Shown: positions 33,117 to 43,614 of the stretch, piece after piece | How positions within the stretch are numbered: position 1 is the stretch's first letter | Layout: every line of letters starts with the position of its first letter | Assembly (NCBI GenBank): GCA_003707115.1 | Contig: PPNB01000004.1 | Span: forward strand, 372,001-436,000 | Direction: 5' to 3' | Length of the DNA stretch: 64,000 nt | Source: Tortispora ganteri | Lineage: Eukaryota | The notes under the pieces: generated by a model | Databases searched by the model: none | What the model was told of the DNA's origin: nothing | The model's input: only the letters and a program-made list of their open reading frames with translations | Made by a program: the position numbers and the translations under genes

Positions 33117-35330
33117 TTACTCATCATCTCTAGTTGCGCAAATGTCTTGCCACAGTGATAGCAGTCCGAATCGGATCAAATCCGCGTTCTTAGAGTTCGC
33201 AATAGTCTGCATTTTTTGGTTGAACTTATCCAACGTTCCTTTCTTTTCAAGAATAATCCTGGTATTCAAATACTTGCCAAATCTTTCAGTCACTTTTTGT
33301 TTTAGAGACTCAGCCAATTCATCAGCGCCTTGACAATTGGATGCAAATTCAAGACAACGTTTCATAAAAGCCTTAGTCTGCCTCACAGTGCCGTTAACCA
33401 ACACTACTGCAAAAGCAGAGTTCAAGGCTCTGTCGGATATTTTTTCAATTTTTTTAAATTCATTAGGTCTTTCTATCAGCAATTGCCTAAACACTTCCAA
33501 CATACGGAACATCAAATCTGGAGAATAATTCACATCGATCCAGTTAGAAGAGTCCCAAGTGTCGACAAAATCTCGAAGATTAGCATGTGCGGATTCTATT
33601 AATGAAGATGTCACAGACACTGAATCACTTGCTCTTTTTAATCTTTGTACCATTTCTGTCTCAGAAGATACTATATCAATTGGCGCAGTATCCTTTAGTT
33701 CATCTATAGTATGCGAACCCAATTGCTCATAGCGGATGTTTTGCGACAAAGGTGAGTGCTGGTTTTGTGTTCTAAAAGGTTGCGAGTCAGCAAGTTGAAT
33801 CTCTGATGTGGCAGGCTCTTTCAATTCCTTATTAGTTCTAATACTTGACAAACGTGATGCATCTTTTTCGTGAACAAAGCCGGCTGGTCCATCATGAGGT
33901 ACCAATTGTGTTTCAGAAGGAGATTCAGTATTAATTTCAGGATTAGTTATCCGCGGTTTTTCGCTATCACAAGCTGATTCAAATATTAATTGCTCAGATT
34001 CATTGCTAAGAGGCTTAGACTGACCAGGCTCAATGTCCATGACACATTTAGGCGAAGCATTAGCGAATGGAGACTTCAGAAGTTTTGCGGGTTCAGGAGA
34101 CTCGGGAATTCGGAATGGTAAGATATGGCTTTGTATGTTTAAAGATCCACTGGAAAGTTGGATGCGGCTGACATTATTAATAGGGTAAGGTGACGTCTGC
34201 AGTTTTTCTTCGCCAGGATTTGAGCGCTGTTTCTTTATAGGGTGAGCTGAAGAAGACTGAGAAAATGTGTATAAGCTTCCTGTACTTTTTGCAGATTTAG
34301 CAGAAGCGAAAAGTAGGTCAGTCTGCTCCGTAGCATCGCAGAGTTCTGCATTTAAAATCAAGTCAGTTTTATTATCGATCAGTGCAAGTGAGGTTCCGGA
34401 AGCGTTCAAACTGGCGAACCCAACAGCGGAAGATATATCTGGATACTTGAAAACATAATATTTCTTCTTAACGGCACCGATCTTTGGCAGAAAATATTCC
34501 AGTATTCCATAAAACTCTGATTTATAAGCAAACGTCCATTGACCAGATTCCTTGCGAAAAACTACTACCAGGAATGAGTCAGTATCCGAGTCGAAGCAGA
34601 TATACCAAGGGTGTGAATCGTCAAGTGTGCTCTGTGGAAGGTTTGAAGATAAGTCCACTTGTTGGACAAGAGGGCTTTTTGAAGGGGTTAGTGTTTCATC
34701 AAGCAATTTCTTAGATAAGTGAGAGTTTCTTGTGGGCGACAAACTAAGCGTGATAGCGTCTTTTTGTGTTGACGATGAGCTGTCGTTGAACAATGCTTTA
34801 TTTTCATGTGAGGGTGTAGGAGTTGAACTAAGGATCTGTTTGGCAGGTTCATCAGACTGACTTACAATATTATTTAAAGGCAAGTCAATGGTATTTGTAG
34901 TATCTGCAATGTTGTTGCTGAGTTCAGGGTGTTGTTCGAGAGTAGCAATGTCAGAGGTGTGCGTAGAACAAGGAGTTCTAGTCAATCTGACATTGTTGAT
35001 GGCGGTTAATGGCTGCGCCGAAGGTGTTGGCACATCTTGTTGTGAGGTGTTATGGAGTATTTTGTTTGTCTCTGGACTAGATATTTTCCTCTTTTGAGAT
35101 TTTTTAAGGACTGGTTCAGGTTTCAAATGTTGATCGGCTGGACGCGCACTATAGAAGTCCCAGAGTTGTGATCGGTACTGAGTGTCAGCGACGAATGAAG
35201 GTAAGTATTGATGTGCTAGCTCTTTATCAAGTTGTAATTCCAATAAGCGTAACGCCTGGTTATAATGATTTAGTATTTTTCCTGACAATACTGTATCTGC
35301 TTGAAGCACGTCCAGCAAGTTTGAAGCCAT
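33117..35330 (-). CDS. Uncharacterised 737-aa protein, rich in S/T-P and S/T-Q sites
   Basis: Long uninterrupted ORF with low-complexity linkers, an aromatic beta-like central block and a helical C-terminus. No family recognised. Confidence 0.75.
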   Translation of the reverse strand: MASNLLDVLQADTVLSGKILNHYNQALRLLELQLDKELAHQYLPSFVADTQYRSQLWDFYSARPADQHLKPEPVLKKSQKRKISSPETNKILHNTSQQDVPTPSAQPLTAINNVRLTRTPCSTHTSDIATLEQHPELSNNIADTTNTIDLPLNNIVSQSDEPAKQILSSTPTPSHENKALFNDSSSSTQKDAITLSLSPTRNSHLSKKLLDETLTPSKSPLVQQVDLSSNLPQSTLDDSHPWYICFDSDTDSFLVVVFRKESGQWTFAYKSEFYGILEYFLPKIGAVKKKYYVFKYPDISSAVGFASLNASGTSLALIDNKTDLILNAELCDATEQTDLLFASAKSAKSTGSLYTFSQSSSAHPIKKQRSNPGEEKLQTSPYPINNVSRIQLSSGSLNIQSHILPFRIPESPEPAKLLKSPFANASPKCVMDIEPGQSKPLSNESEQLIFESACDSEKPRITNPEINTESPSETQLVPHDGPAGFVHEKDASRLSSIRTNKELKEPATSEIQLADSQPFRTQNQHSPLSQNIRYEQLGSHTIDELKDTAPIDIVSSETEMVQRLKRASDSVSVTSSLIESAHANLRDFVDTWDSSNWIDVNYSPDLMFRMLEVFRQLLIERPNEFKKIEKISDRALNSAFAVVLVNGTVRQTKAFMKRCLEFASNCQGADELAESLKQKVTERFGKYLNTRIILEKKGTLDKFNQKMQTIANSKNADLIRFGLLSLWQDICATRDDE

Positions 35331-35416
35331 TAAGTAGCTGTTCTTCGTGATACTTGGTGTGAACTGTAACTAGGAGAAAGAGAGTAATTAAGCTTATTTC
35401 ACCATCGGTGAAAAAA

Positions 35417-35422
35417 ACGCGT
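35417..35422. promoter_or_regulatory. MCB element (ACGCGT) in a 129-bp divergent promoter
   Basis: AAAACGCGTAAA lies between the ATGs at 35330 (-) and 35460 (+). Confidence 0.55.
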
Positions 35423-35459
35423 AAACTGATCTTACAAGTGCGTGTTTGCGCTAGTATAA

Positions 35460-37790
35460 ATGGATAAAGAATTATTTGTGGGAACCATAGCATGGTTTGC
35501 ACCATCTATACCTATTGATACAAAGCAGTCAATATCTGATACAATAATTGACCATGGTGGCAAATGTAGCGACACCTTTGACCCGGCTCGCGTAACACAC
35601 GTCGTAGCACAGGACCCTAATTTCACCGAATACAAGATAGCTCTTAAAAATCTGCTTTCAGTGATCACACCAGAATGGTTTGAATCTTGTCTTGCTCGTG
35701 GTAGACTTCTGCCTACTCGTCCTTTCTCGCCGGACCCCTCACACCTATTCGCCAACGTATGCGTTTGCGTAGCTGATCTGCCTCCCGGAGACGCTGAAAT
35801 CATATACGGCGCTGTCCTTGGACTTGGCGGTCAATGGACGCATTCACTCACCAGATTTGTTACACATGTCATTGCAAATGATCCAAACCACCCAAAGTGT
35901 ATTCTGGCTCGTAATAAACCGTCTATACGCATAGTTACCCCACTATGGGTAGAAGATTGTCTGCGTATTGGCCGTCGTGTACCTGATGATCCTTACTTAC
36001 ACGATCAGTCACAGAAAACTGAGTCTGAAGCTGCTAAGATACCCTCTTCTTTGCCGCATATTGATGCAGACCCAGAAGTAACTATCCCAGAGTTTTCAAA
36101 TCCTCCTGCTACACTCTTCACAGGCCACACTTTCTACATTGACCCTGACCTTTCTCTCTCAGCCCCCTATGCAGAGTCATTTACACAACTAGTTCAGAAA
36201 TGCGGCGGTAAAGTCTCTAATTCTCTGTCAGCTGCCACTATAGCTGTTTGTCTCGACCGTTCTACCTCTACTTATACAACTTCCTTCCTTAAAGGTATCA
36301 TCGTGGGTAACATACAATGGGTATTCGACATGGTGTTTAAAGGTCAGTTTTTGGATCCTTTGAAGCAATTGTTGCACTACCCAATACCGAGCAAAACCCA
36401 GTTTATACCTAAAATGCAAGACTTAGCTATCTGCGTAAGCTTGTATTCCGGCGATGCACGCGCTTACATTGAGCAGCTGATCAGACTCGTTGGCGCTAAG
36501 TACACTAAGACGCTAACACCGACAAATACCCACCTCATAGTACCTAAAGCAGAAGGTAAAAAGTACGCTGCAGCGCGATACTGGTCTCTGCACATAGTAA
36601 ATCACTTGTGGATAGAAGAGTCATATGCCAAATGGCAAATGCAAAGTGTCTCAGACCCTAAATACACGCAATTCCTTGCTGATGGTACCTTAAAGCAAGT
36701 TGTCGGCCAAACTCCGCTTAAAGTTGTTGATTTGGCGGAGTTAATTTCTAAATCAGAAGAATCACTAATAGTTGAGGTTGACTCAGATCAAGAAGAGGAA
36801 TCGGCAAAAGAGAACCTGCAAGCAACAGTTATTTCTAACGAAACAGAAGTACAATCACCAAATAAACTGTTCGAGAAGCCTCAAGAGTTATCAATAGTCC
36901 CTTCGACACCAAGGAATCCGCTTGAAGTAGTCAGAGACACTGTCGAGCAAAGATCTCGCTCAAGCAGAAAATCTGCACAAGCTGCGACAGAGAAACTTCA
37001 TACTGCGATTGAAGATCTCAACGAATTTCAAAGGCACCACAGCAAACTTCCCAAGCTCCCAGGCGAAGATACACGCAAAAGAAAAGAACGAGCAGGAACG
37101 CCATCCTCAAAGCGATCCAAAAACTCACCTGGTGCTGATAATAAGGCAATAAAGATTCTTCCTACCGGTTTCGCACTTGATCACCTGAAAGAAGATGACA
37201 TAGAGAAGCTTAGCAAGCTTGGAGTTACTTTAGTGGATGATCCGAGCGAGACAACACATGTCGCCCTGGAAAAGATCAAACGTACAGAAAAATTTTTAGT
37301 GGCTTTGGCATATGGACCAAAAATTGTGGACCGCTCTTATTTAGAAGCGCTGCTGACCCAAGACACCACATTAGATCCAGATGACTTTTTATTGAAAGAT
37401 AAAGAAGGGGAACGCCAGTTGCTTGCGGGAAAAACATTGGTAGATGTTGTTAAGAGCGCCAAGGAATGCTATGCGAAAGGCGGCCTATTTCACGGAATGG
37501 GGTTCAACATAACGCCGAATACGAAAGCACAAGGAGATGTACTAAAAAGGATCATTGAGGCGCACGGTGGGAAATGCAAATTTATTAAATCAGCAAGAAG
37601 CAAAGAGTATTTAGTGGATCAGGACCAATTGGTACTTATCGCCGGCTCATCAGATGGACAATTTGTGGAGGGAGCTAATGCATATGGTAAAAAGCATGGA
37701 TATTCTGTCAAGGCGTATACTTCAGAATGGGTATTATCATCGATTGTCAGAATGGATGTTACATTTGATAGTGAATTTCGAGCTGATTAA
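35460..37790 (+). CDS. RTT107: Multi-BRCT DNA-damage scaffold, Rtt107/Brc1 family
   Basis: Repeated BRCT signatures (VTHVV...ITPEW, VTPLW, NTHLI...VNHLW), a disordered linker and a C-terminal BRCT pair (RTEKFL, TSEWVL). Confidence 0.85.
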   Translation: MDKELFVGTIAWFAPSIPIDTKQSISDTIIDHGGKCSDTFDPARVTHVVAQDPNFTEYKIALKNLLSVITPEWFESCLARGRLLPTRPFSPDPSHLFANVCVCVADLPPGDAEIIYGAVLGLGGQWTHSLTRFVTHVIANDPNHPKCILARNKPSIRIVTPLWVEDCLRIGRRVPDDPYLHDQSQKTESEAAKIPSSLPHIDADPEVTIPEFSNPPATLFTGHTFYIDPDLSLSAPYAESFTQLVQKCGGKVSNSLSAATIAVCLDRSTSTYTTSFLKGIIVGNIQWVFDMVFKGQFLDPLKQLLHYPIPSKTQFIPKMQDLAICVSLYSGDARAYIEQLIRLVGAKYTKTLTPTNTHLIVPKAEGKKYAAARYWSLHIVNHLWIEESYAKWQMQSVSDPKYTQFLADGTLKQVVGQTPLKVVDLAELISKSEESLIVEVDSDQEEESAKENLQATVISNETEVQSPNKLFEKPQELSIVPSTPRNPLEVVRDTVEQRSRSSRKSAQAATEKLHTAIEDLNEFQRHHSKLPKLPGEDTRKRKERAGTPSSKRSKNSPGADNKAIKILPTGFALDHLKEDDIEKLSKLGVTLVDDPSETTHVALEKIKRTEKFLVALAYGPKIVDRSYLEALLTQDTTLDPDDFLLKDKEGERQLLAGKTLVDVVKSAKECYAKGGLFHGMGFNITPNTKAQGDVLKRIIEAHGGKCKFIKSARSKEYLVDQDQLVLIAGSSDGQFVEGANAYGKKHGYSVKAYTSEWVLSSIVRMDVTFDSEFRAD

Positions 37791-38284
37791 AAGAACTTTA
37801 CACCGGCCTCGATATTGTCTACTTTCATGATTTGCGCTTTCCCGCGTTTTGAAAGAACTTGAATAGCTTTTCTTAAAACGAATTGATCTATATCATTGAA
37901 ATCTGGAGCGTTCTTGAGTTCCTTGAATGTAAGTACTCTTGATATTTGACCAGTGGATTCAATCCATTTATAGAGTGATTCAGCCCATTCTTCAGGGGAT
38001 TTCCAATAAACAACAAAATCCTTTGAGTCAAATTCACCTGAACCATTATCTGTCATGTATTTTAATATTTCATCTATAACTTGCGGACTTAGTCGTCTAT
38101 CGATCGTTTGGTTATGAAATAGGTCTATGTCAGAGGCAGAATTCAGTCTATATGCTCTGTGAAACTTCGACCAATCAATGATAAAGTCTTTCCATAATTG
38201 TAATTGTGATTGCCAAGTTTGTGGATTAGGCTGTTTCGTAAAAAATGGTGGATATGAATATGCTTTAGGATATTGATATGACAT
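37787..38284 (-). CDS. VPS25: ESCRT-II subunit
   Basis: YSYPPFFTKQP, WKSPEEWA, GVKFF C-terminus. Confidence 0.93.
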   Translation of the reverse strand: MSYQYPKAYSYPPFFTKQPNPQTWQSQLQLWKDFIIDWSKFHRAYRLNSASDIDLFHNQTIDRRLSPQVIDEILKYMTDNGSGEFDSKDFVVYWKSPEEWAESLYKWIESTGQISRVLTFKELKNAPDFNDIDQFVLRKAIQVLSKRGKAQIMKVDNIEAGVKFF

Positions 38285-38374
38285 AGTAGTTCTATCGAAA
38301 GTTTAGTTAGATTTACAGTTTGGAAAGTTTATATTATTATATGCTATATTCGTTAAGTAATTATTAGCTAGTCA

Positions 38375-39280
38375 TCATTTGCTGGCATCTGCAAGTGACA
38401 GATATGCATTCCAGAATATTCCTACTGTCGAGGAAAATGGTATTTGAAACTTCAAAGGCACTAGGCAAAAGTTGATCAGCTGCGCCAACGGCCATACCAT
38501 ATACAGTACTTTCATAGTGGGAACAAACATCAGGTTCATCTTTCTGCAAACGGCATCGTATCCTCCACCTGTGGATATAGTAGAGTATGCGAAAAAGGCC
38601 GCTAGTGACACCGGAGAGTAAAGTAGTTGATCAGCCGCTACTCTTTTCAGAGCAGGCACAAATACCCGCTCCGTCATGGGGAACATCCATTCAAGAAAAT
38701 TAAACCAATTGTACTGAAAAGGAGAAAGAATAAAACCCCACACTGTAAATCTGACAAGCCTTTGAAACGAAAATACCGGAATTTTCACCATAGACATCGG
38801 TAATACTCTAGGTTCTGCTGTGGCAGTTTCCGGTAAATGTAAATCTCTAAGTGTGAATTCACCATCGCCATTTTTTTCAAAAAGCATTGAAAATACTGTT
38901 CGACCACGACTAGTAGATAACCTCACACTTGTTAGAGTCTGTGCGAGTGTATCTGACAATCCATACAGTAGAACATTCGTAGCCATCATCGTTAAAAGCG
39001 GTTGCCTCATATAACTGTCGTTAAATTTATACATTAATCGACCCAAGACTAACGCATAAAAAATGATGCAAATTAAATTAATAGCTGGTATTAAACCAAT
39101 TCTGACACGCTTCCAACTTGAGTCGGCATCATTGTCTGAGATTATTGACCCCGTAGTGTCATCTTGAGAGACAGACTCAGTAACGGGTAGATCCGAGGAT
39201 TGAGAACTGTCAGACTTGCCTGTTTTGAAACTCCAGGTTAAAACATTATCCTTTATATTTTCTAAATTTGTTAACTTCAT
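38375..39280 (-). CDS. Mpv17/PMP22 family membrane protein (YOR292C-like), start uncertain
   Basis: SDTLAQ, RLVRF, KRVAADQLLYSP, VWPLAQLINF, WNAYLS. First in-frame ATG at 39280. Confidence 0.85.
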   Translation of the reverse strand: MKLTNLENIKDNVLTWSFKTGKSDSSQSSDLPVTESVSQDDTTGSIISDNDADSSWKRVRIGLIPAINLICIIFYALVLGRLMYKFNDSYMRQPLLTMMATNVLLYGLSDTLAQTLTSVRLSTSRGRTVFSMLFEKNGDGEFTLRDLHLPETATAEPRVLPMSMVKIPVFSFQRLVRFTVWGFILSPFQYNWFNFLEWMFPMTERVFVPALKRVAADQLLYSPVSLAAFFAYSTISTGGGYDAVCRKMNLMFVPTMKVLYMVWPLAQLINFCLVPLKFQIPFSSTVGIFWNAYLSLADASK

Positions 39281-39641
39281 CAGTATATTCGCCTTTTCGT
39301 ACTCCCTTTTATCTGGATTTCTATTTCGGAGCGCCACCTAATATCTAAGGATTCACTTGATCTGATAAAATGTTCAAAAGTTAACAGCCGAAAACTTGAT
39401 TCTACTCCTAAATAACCCGCACAAACGAAATATAAGTTATTCAAGTGTTAAATTAACTATTGAATACAAAAATATTCAAGTGATTAATACAAGCGGTATA
39501 GTAAAAAGCGGGTGGCTAAAGTGCTAATATATTATGCAGGGATGTGTAGGTAGAAACATGATCGAAGGAATTTTGACTCTTTTGGGATGCTGAAAACCAA
39601 AAGCGGTAACTGCATGAATATATTACCATGACAACCAAAAT

Positions 39642-41225
39642 CTATTCAGCCATCACCATAGCAGTTCTACCGCAACGCAAAGCAGTTCCTGAAGATAAAT
39701 CTGTGACTATGATTCCTTCTATGTAACAGGGACCCGGTTTTAAAGCCATGAATCTAATATGAGTTTGATGGCTCATTCCCGCACTCAATATGGGTAACCT
39801 TATTGCATTGTCAACGGCAATGACAGAAGGATGAGTAGGTACAATAGCTTCATGGAGGTATTGTAAAGTAGCATGATCGACATGCGGCCTTATATCGGGG
39901 GTCTGAGGAAGGAGTTTATCTAAAGTGCGATGTGGAGCAATAGATATATTAAGTCGTTTTGTGGCGTTAGTGCGATTCAATATGAGTACCTTCCATGAAA
40001 CAGGAACGCCTACTTTCATCTTTAATGGACCCCAACACTTCACGAACAGATCTTTAGACTGCAGATCAGGTGTACCGTCAATTATTGAGGTAATCGGTCT
40101 CGCGACTGAGCCACGCTTTAAAGATTGGCGTACTGGAGAGCAACTTGAATTTCTATTCTGCAATGTCGATTTCTGCGGAGGGTTTGCGACGTTCATAGAA
40201 CGAGGGCGTTGAAATTGGTTTAGTTTCGTTTGATGTGGATTAGTAACAGAACTAAAGTCAACGCTAATTTCCCACCTTGAATGTATTAATGGCTCAGGTA
40301 AGTTGCTGAAATCGTCAATATATGATTCGAGAGGAATAGCCGAAACTTGGATTAAAGTGGGTATTGGATCAAGATGTATATCAGTAGATGAAAATTCGAA
40401 GAGTAAAGAGAGTACATCCCTGCTTCTCAGGACGATAGGGAATTGCTGCGAAGGAGCAGATAACGATATTCCGGGTTTTTTTGTTGATATGTTTATATTT
40501 TTGATTAGTACAAACTTGTGGGGAACGCCTAGAGCTTCGACTGTGACCACGCCGTAGTTGAGCTGCCGCAGAAGTCCATCAGGTGACTTTGTTGGTAGCG
40601 ATTGCGGCCTAAATTGTAGAAAAGAAGTGGCATATACTGGATGTTCAATTGAGAGAATGGGACATTGCATCCTCATAAGGCGGGGTATGGCGGATGATGA
40701 GACAGACGAGACGGCAGAATCATTAATCCCTAGAGAGGTGTCAACAAGACGGGATGCAGGTATATAAGGATGGATTTCAGTAATATTTGACAAAGGTTCG
40801 AGAAGATTAGCAGACTGGGCAAGTACAGGTGGTACAAGTAGACCATTGTTTGTAGTGCCAGAAACAGCTGAGCCGGTATCAGACCTGACAGCGGCAGTTC
40901 CATTAAATACGAACCATGGCGATCGTAGTTGACCAGAAGAGGGAGGTATGGATATAGGAAAGGTATAGACCAAATGGTAGGTGTTTTCAGTTTCCAAAGA
41001 TTCTTTCAAATTCGATGAATCAAGCTGTGTAAAAAGAACTGATTCAGCGTCCTGATTTGGGTTAGATTTGTCTATTATTTGACAATCAATAGCGATGCAA
41101 ACATTGTTCGAAAGTTCGTTTAATATCTGATCGTTTACTGGACATTTCAACACAAGGGTTGCTTGTATATTCTGATCAAAAAATATAGGAGAAGGTAAAG
41201 GAGGGTCAAATGACAATGAAGTCAT
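39642..41225 (-). CDS. TRS65: TRAPPII subunit Trs65-like protein
   Basis: C-terminal Ig-like block GPLKMKVG...WKVLILN...IRFMALKPG...IIVTD. Confidence 0.7.
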   Translation of the reverse strand: MTSLSFDPPLPSPIFFDQNIQATLVLKCPVNDQILNELSNNVCIAIDCQIIDKSNPNQDAESVLFTQLDSSNLKESLETENTYHLVYTFPISIPPSSGQLRSPWFVFNGTAAVRSDTGSAVSGTTNNGLLVPPVLAQSANLLEPLSNITEIHPYIPASRLVDTSLGINDSAVSSVSSSAIPRLMRMQCPILSIEHPVYATSFLQFRPQSLPTKSPDGLLRQLNYGVVTVEALGVPHKFVLIKNINISTKKPGISLSAPSQQFPIVLRSRDVLSLLFEFSSTDIHLDPIPTLIQVSAIPLESYIDDFSNLPEPLIHSRWEISVDFSSVTNPHQTKLNQFQRPRSMNVANPPQKSTLQNRNSSCSPVRQSLKRGSVARPITSIIDGTPDLQSKDLFVKCWGPLKMKVGVPVSWKVLILNRTNATKRLNISIAPHRTLDKLLPQTPDIRPHVDHATLQYLHEAIVPTHPSVIAVDNAIRLPILSAGMSHQTHIRFMALKPGPCYIEGIIVTDLSSGTALRCGRTAMVMAE

Positions 41226-41592
41226 TGTTATTTGTTTTATTTTAAAAAGGGAATAGCTATCAAGTTAGTTAGGTCCCTTGAAAATGCCCTCGACCCGCGA
41301 AAGTACTAAAAAGGAGAGGTAGGACGTGCGTAGGGCCGGGTTGGTGGGGGAGGAACAAAAGTCCAAGGGGATTCAAAAGATACTACCTCTTGCTTATACT
41401 TTGCACCCCCAAAAAATCAAGGCTATTTCGGATCTGTCCTTTTTTCCTTTTTATTACTGCATTATTTGCATAAAACACTTACATATATTTATTTATAAGC
41501 ACATTGCTTGATTTTGGGTCTGCTTGATACTTATTTTGCTTTGCTTTTTTTTTTTAGGGTCACATATTGCCTAGGCCTTATTTCTCTACACC

Positions 41593-43530
41593 ATGTTCAG
41601 ACTGCTAAGACGATCATCCTCAAGCGCCAAATCCGAACTGTCTAAAGTGACAACCGGAAAGTCAGCTAAAAGCATTGATGTAGATCATGAAATACACGGC
41701 CTCGAGGAGGCGTTTGAAGCTATGGATGCCTTCTTAGACGATAATATGGTCCATGCAACAGAAGTTCTCGAGAGAGATAACGGTGTGGTATACTACCAGC
41801 TGGCTCGAACCGTTATTGTCTTTCTACAAGCTATTCTCGGTTTTCAGCACGAAGACATAAAGAAAGCTTCTGAAGTTGCCTCTTTGGCTGAGAAAACAGC
41901 AAACAAGCAGTATTCCTCAGCCCATAAAGGCAAACTTGCCACTTCTGTTCACTTCGATCCAGGCACTGAATACAACTTAGCTTTCTGTGAAGCTCACCTT
42001 ATGAATGCCGTACTTTTGCTTCTTTCGGAAAGTGTATTGGGCTCAATGAAAGCACTGTACAAGCTTCAACACTCGTTCCGAATCCTTCATGACATGTACC
42101 AGTCGAACCCGCGAATTCAGGTGGACTATATACCCACCGAAGATGATGAACCTGGGAACTTGATCGATGAGTACACTATCTCTGGAGTTAGGGTGTGTTT
42201 TGGTATTTTGCATATCATTCTTTCCTCAATACCACCTAATGTCAGCAGAGTCCTTCAGTTAATTGGTCTCTACGGCGATCGCCAAACCGGCCTAAACCTT
42301 CTATGGAAAGCCTCAGAGAGCCCTAATATTCATGGAACTCTGGCCGTATTTGCGTTGCTACAATACTTTTGTGGTCCTGCTCAAGTTTGTGATATTGATT
42401 CCAAGATAATGAAGGATCCATTGGCTCACTGTGAAGAGATTTTGGAGCAAACTAAGAAACGCTTTAATAATGGCGCTTTGTGGGACCTGCAAACAGCCCG
42501 TCTGCACTCTGTTCACGGTAGAATTCAAGAAGCTATTGATATTTTGCAACAGCCGCGCACTGTACAACTTACGCAGATAGAATATCTTCTTATATTCGAG
42601 CAATCATTAGATTGCTTGTACCTTCATAAATATGAGCTATCAGCCGAATCGTTTCTTTCCCTGATAAAAATCAACTCCTGGTCGCACGCTCTTTATGCAT
42701 ACGCAGCTGCCATTTGTATGATAGAACTCTATCGCGAAGCTTGTGCAATTTTAACTATGTCTGATGATCCCGAAGCGGTTACAGAGGCCAAGTTAAATGC
42801 GGCTAAGTACAAAAAGCTGGCATTGAGTCATTTGGAAAAGACTGATAATTTAATTCATCAGAAAAAGAGCTTCATGCAAAGAGGTATACCATTTGAAGGT
42901 TATATCTCTAGAAAACTTACTAAATGGAGACAGAGAGCTCAATTAATGAGCAAAGAAAGAGGAGGCATGAATATTGATTTAGTGGATGCTGTTGGAGTTA
43001 GCCCTGTGAATGAAATTGTCTATGTCTGGAATGGATATAAGAGAATGTCTAAATCTGACCTAAATAGGACTTTGAGCAATCTGAACCGAGAAATAGAGGT
43101 TGTGAATTCACAAAACGGAGTTTACCAGTATCCCAGGTACAGCACGGAAGTGAAACTTAATACGAAGAAGAAAGCTAGCGATATCGAGTTTAAGGAAATT
43201 GACGAAACCCTTGTGTTGAACGTTCTCCGAGCAGCGGTTTTGCGCAATTTAGGGAACTTGGACGAATGTAAAAAGCTCTTGGATGAAGCTTTAGTCTTGG
43301 AAAAGATTCAATACAAAGATAAGTTGCGTGACGAATGGGCATACCCTGCTACATTGTACGAAATGGGTATATACAAATGGATAGAAGGAAATAAGACTTA
43401 CGAAGCAGCTGTTGCGGCCAAAAAATATATAGAACAGGCAGCTGAGTATAAGCATGACTATCATCTGAGTTCACGAGTTGGATTGAGAATACAGACAGCG
43501 TTGGAGTCTTTGAAAGAATTCACCGGTTAG
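41593..43530 (+). CDS. IML2: Iml2/TTC39 family TPR protein
   Basis: GLYGDRQTGLNLLW, NIHG, NSWSHALY, EIVYVWNG, WAYP. Confidence 0.88.
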   Translation: MFRLLRRSSSSAKSELSKVTTGKSAKSIDVDHEIHGLEEAFEAMDAFLDDNMVHATEVLERDNGVVYYQLARTVIVFLQAILGFQHEDIKKASEVASLAEKTANKQYSSAHKGKLATSVHFDPGTEYNLAFCEAHLMNAVLLLLSESVLGSMKALYKLQHSFRILHDMYQSNPRIQVDYIPTEDDEPGNLIDEYTISGVRVCFGILHIILSSIPPNVSRVLQLIGLYGDRQTGLNLLWKASESPNIHGTLAVFALLQYFCGPAQVCDIDSKIMKDPLAHCEEILEQTKKRFNNGALWDLQTARLHSVHGRIQEAIDILQQPRTVQLTQIEYLLIFEQSLDCLYLHKYELSAESFLSLIKINSWSHALYAYAAAICMIELYREACAILTMSDDPEAVTEAKLNAAKYKKLALSHLEKTDNLIHQKKSFMQRGIPFEGYISRKLTKWRQRAQLMSKERGGMNIDLVDAVGVSPVNEIVYVWNGYKRMSKSDLNRTLSNLNREIEVVNSQNGVYQYPRYSTEVKLNTKKKASDIEFKEIDETLVLNVLRAAVLRNLGNLDECKKLLDEALVLEKIQYKDKLRDEWAYPATLYEMGIYKWIEGNKTYEAAVAAKKYIEQAAEYKHDYHLSSRVGLRIQTALESLKEFTG

Positions 43531-43614
43531 ATAAGGCAAAAAAAAAAAGAAAAGTATCACAACATTGCTATGCATAAATCGATAATAAAATGTAACTTTG
43601 ATGACCATATTGTT

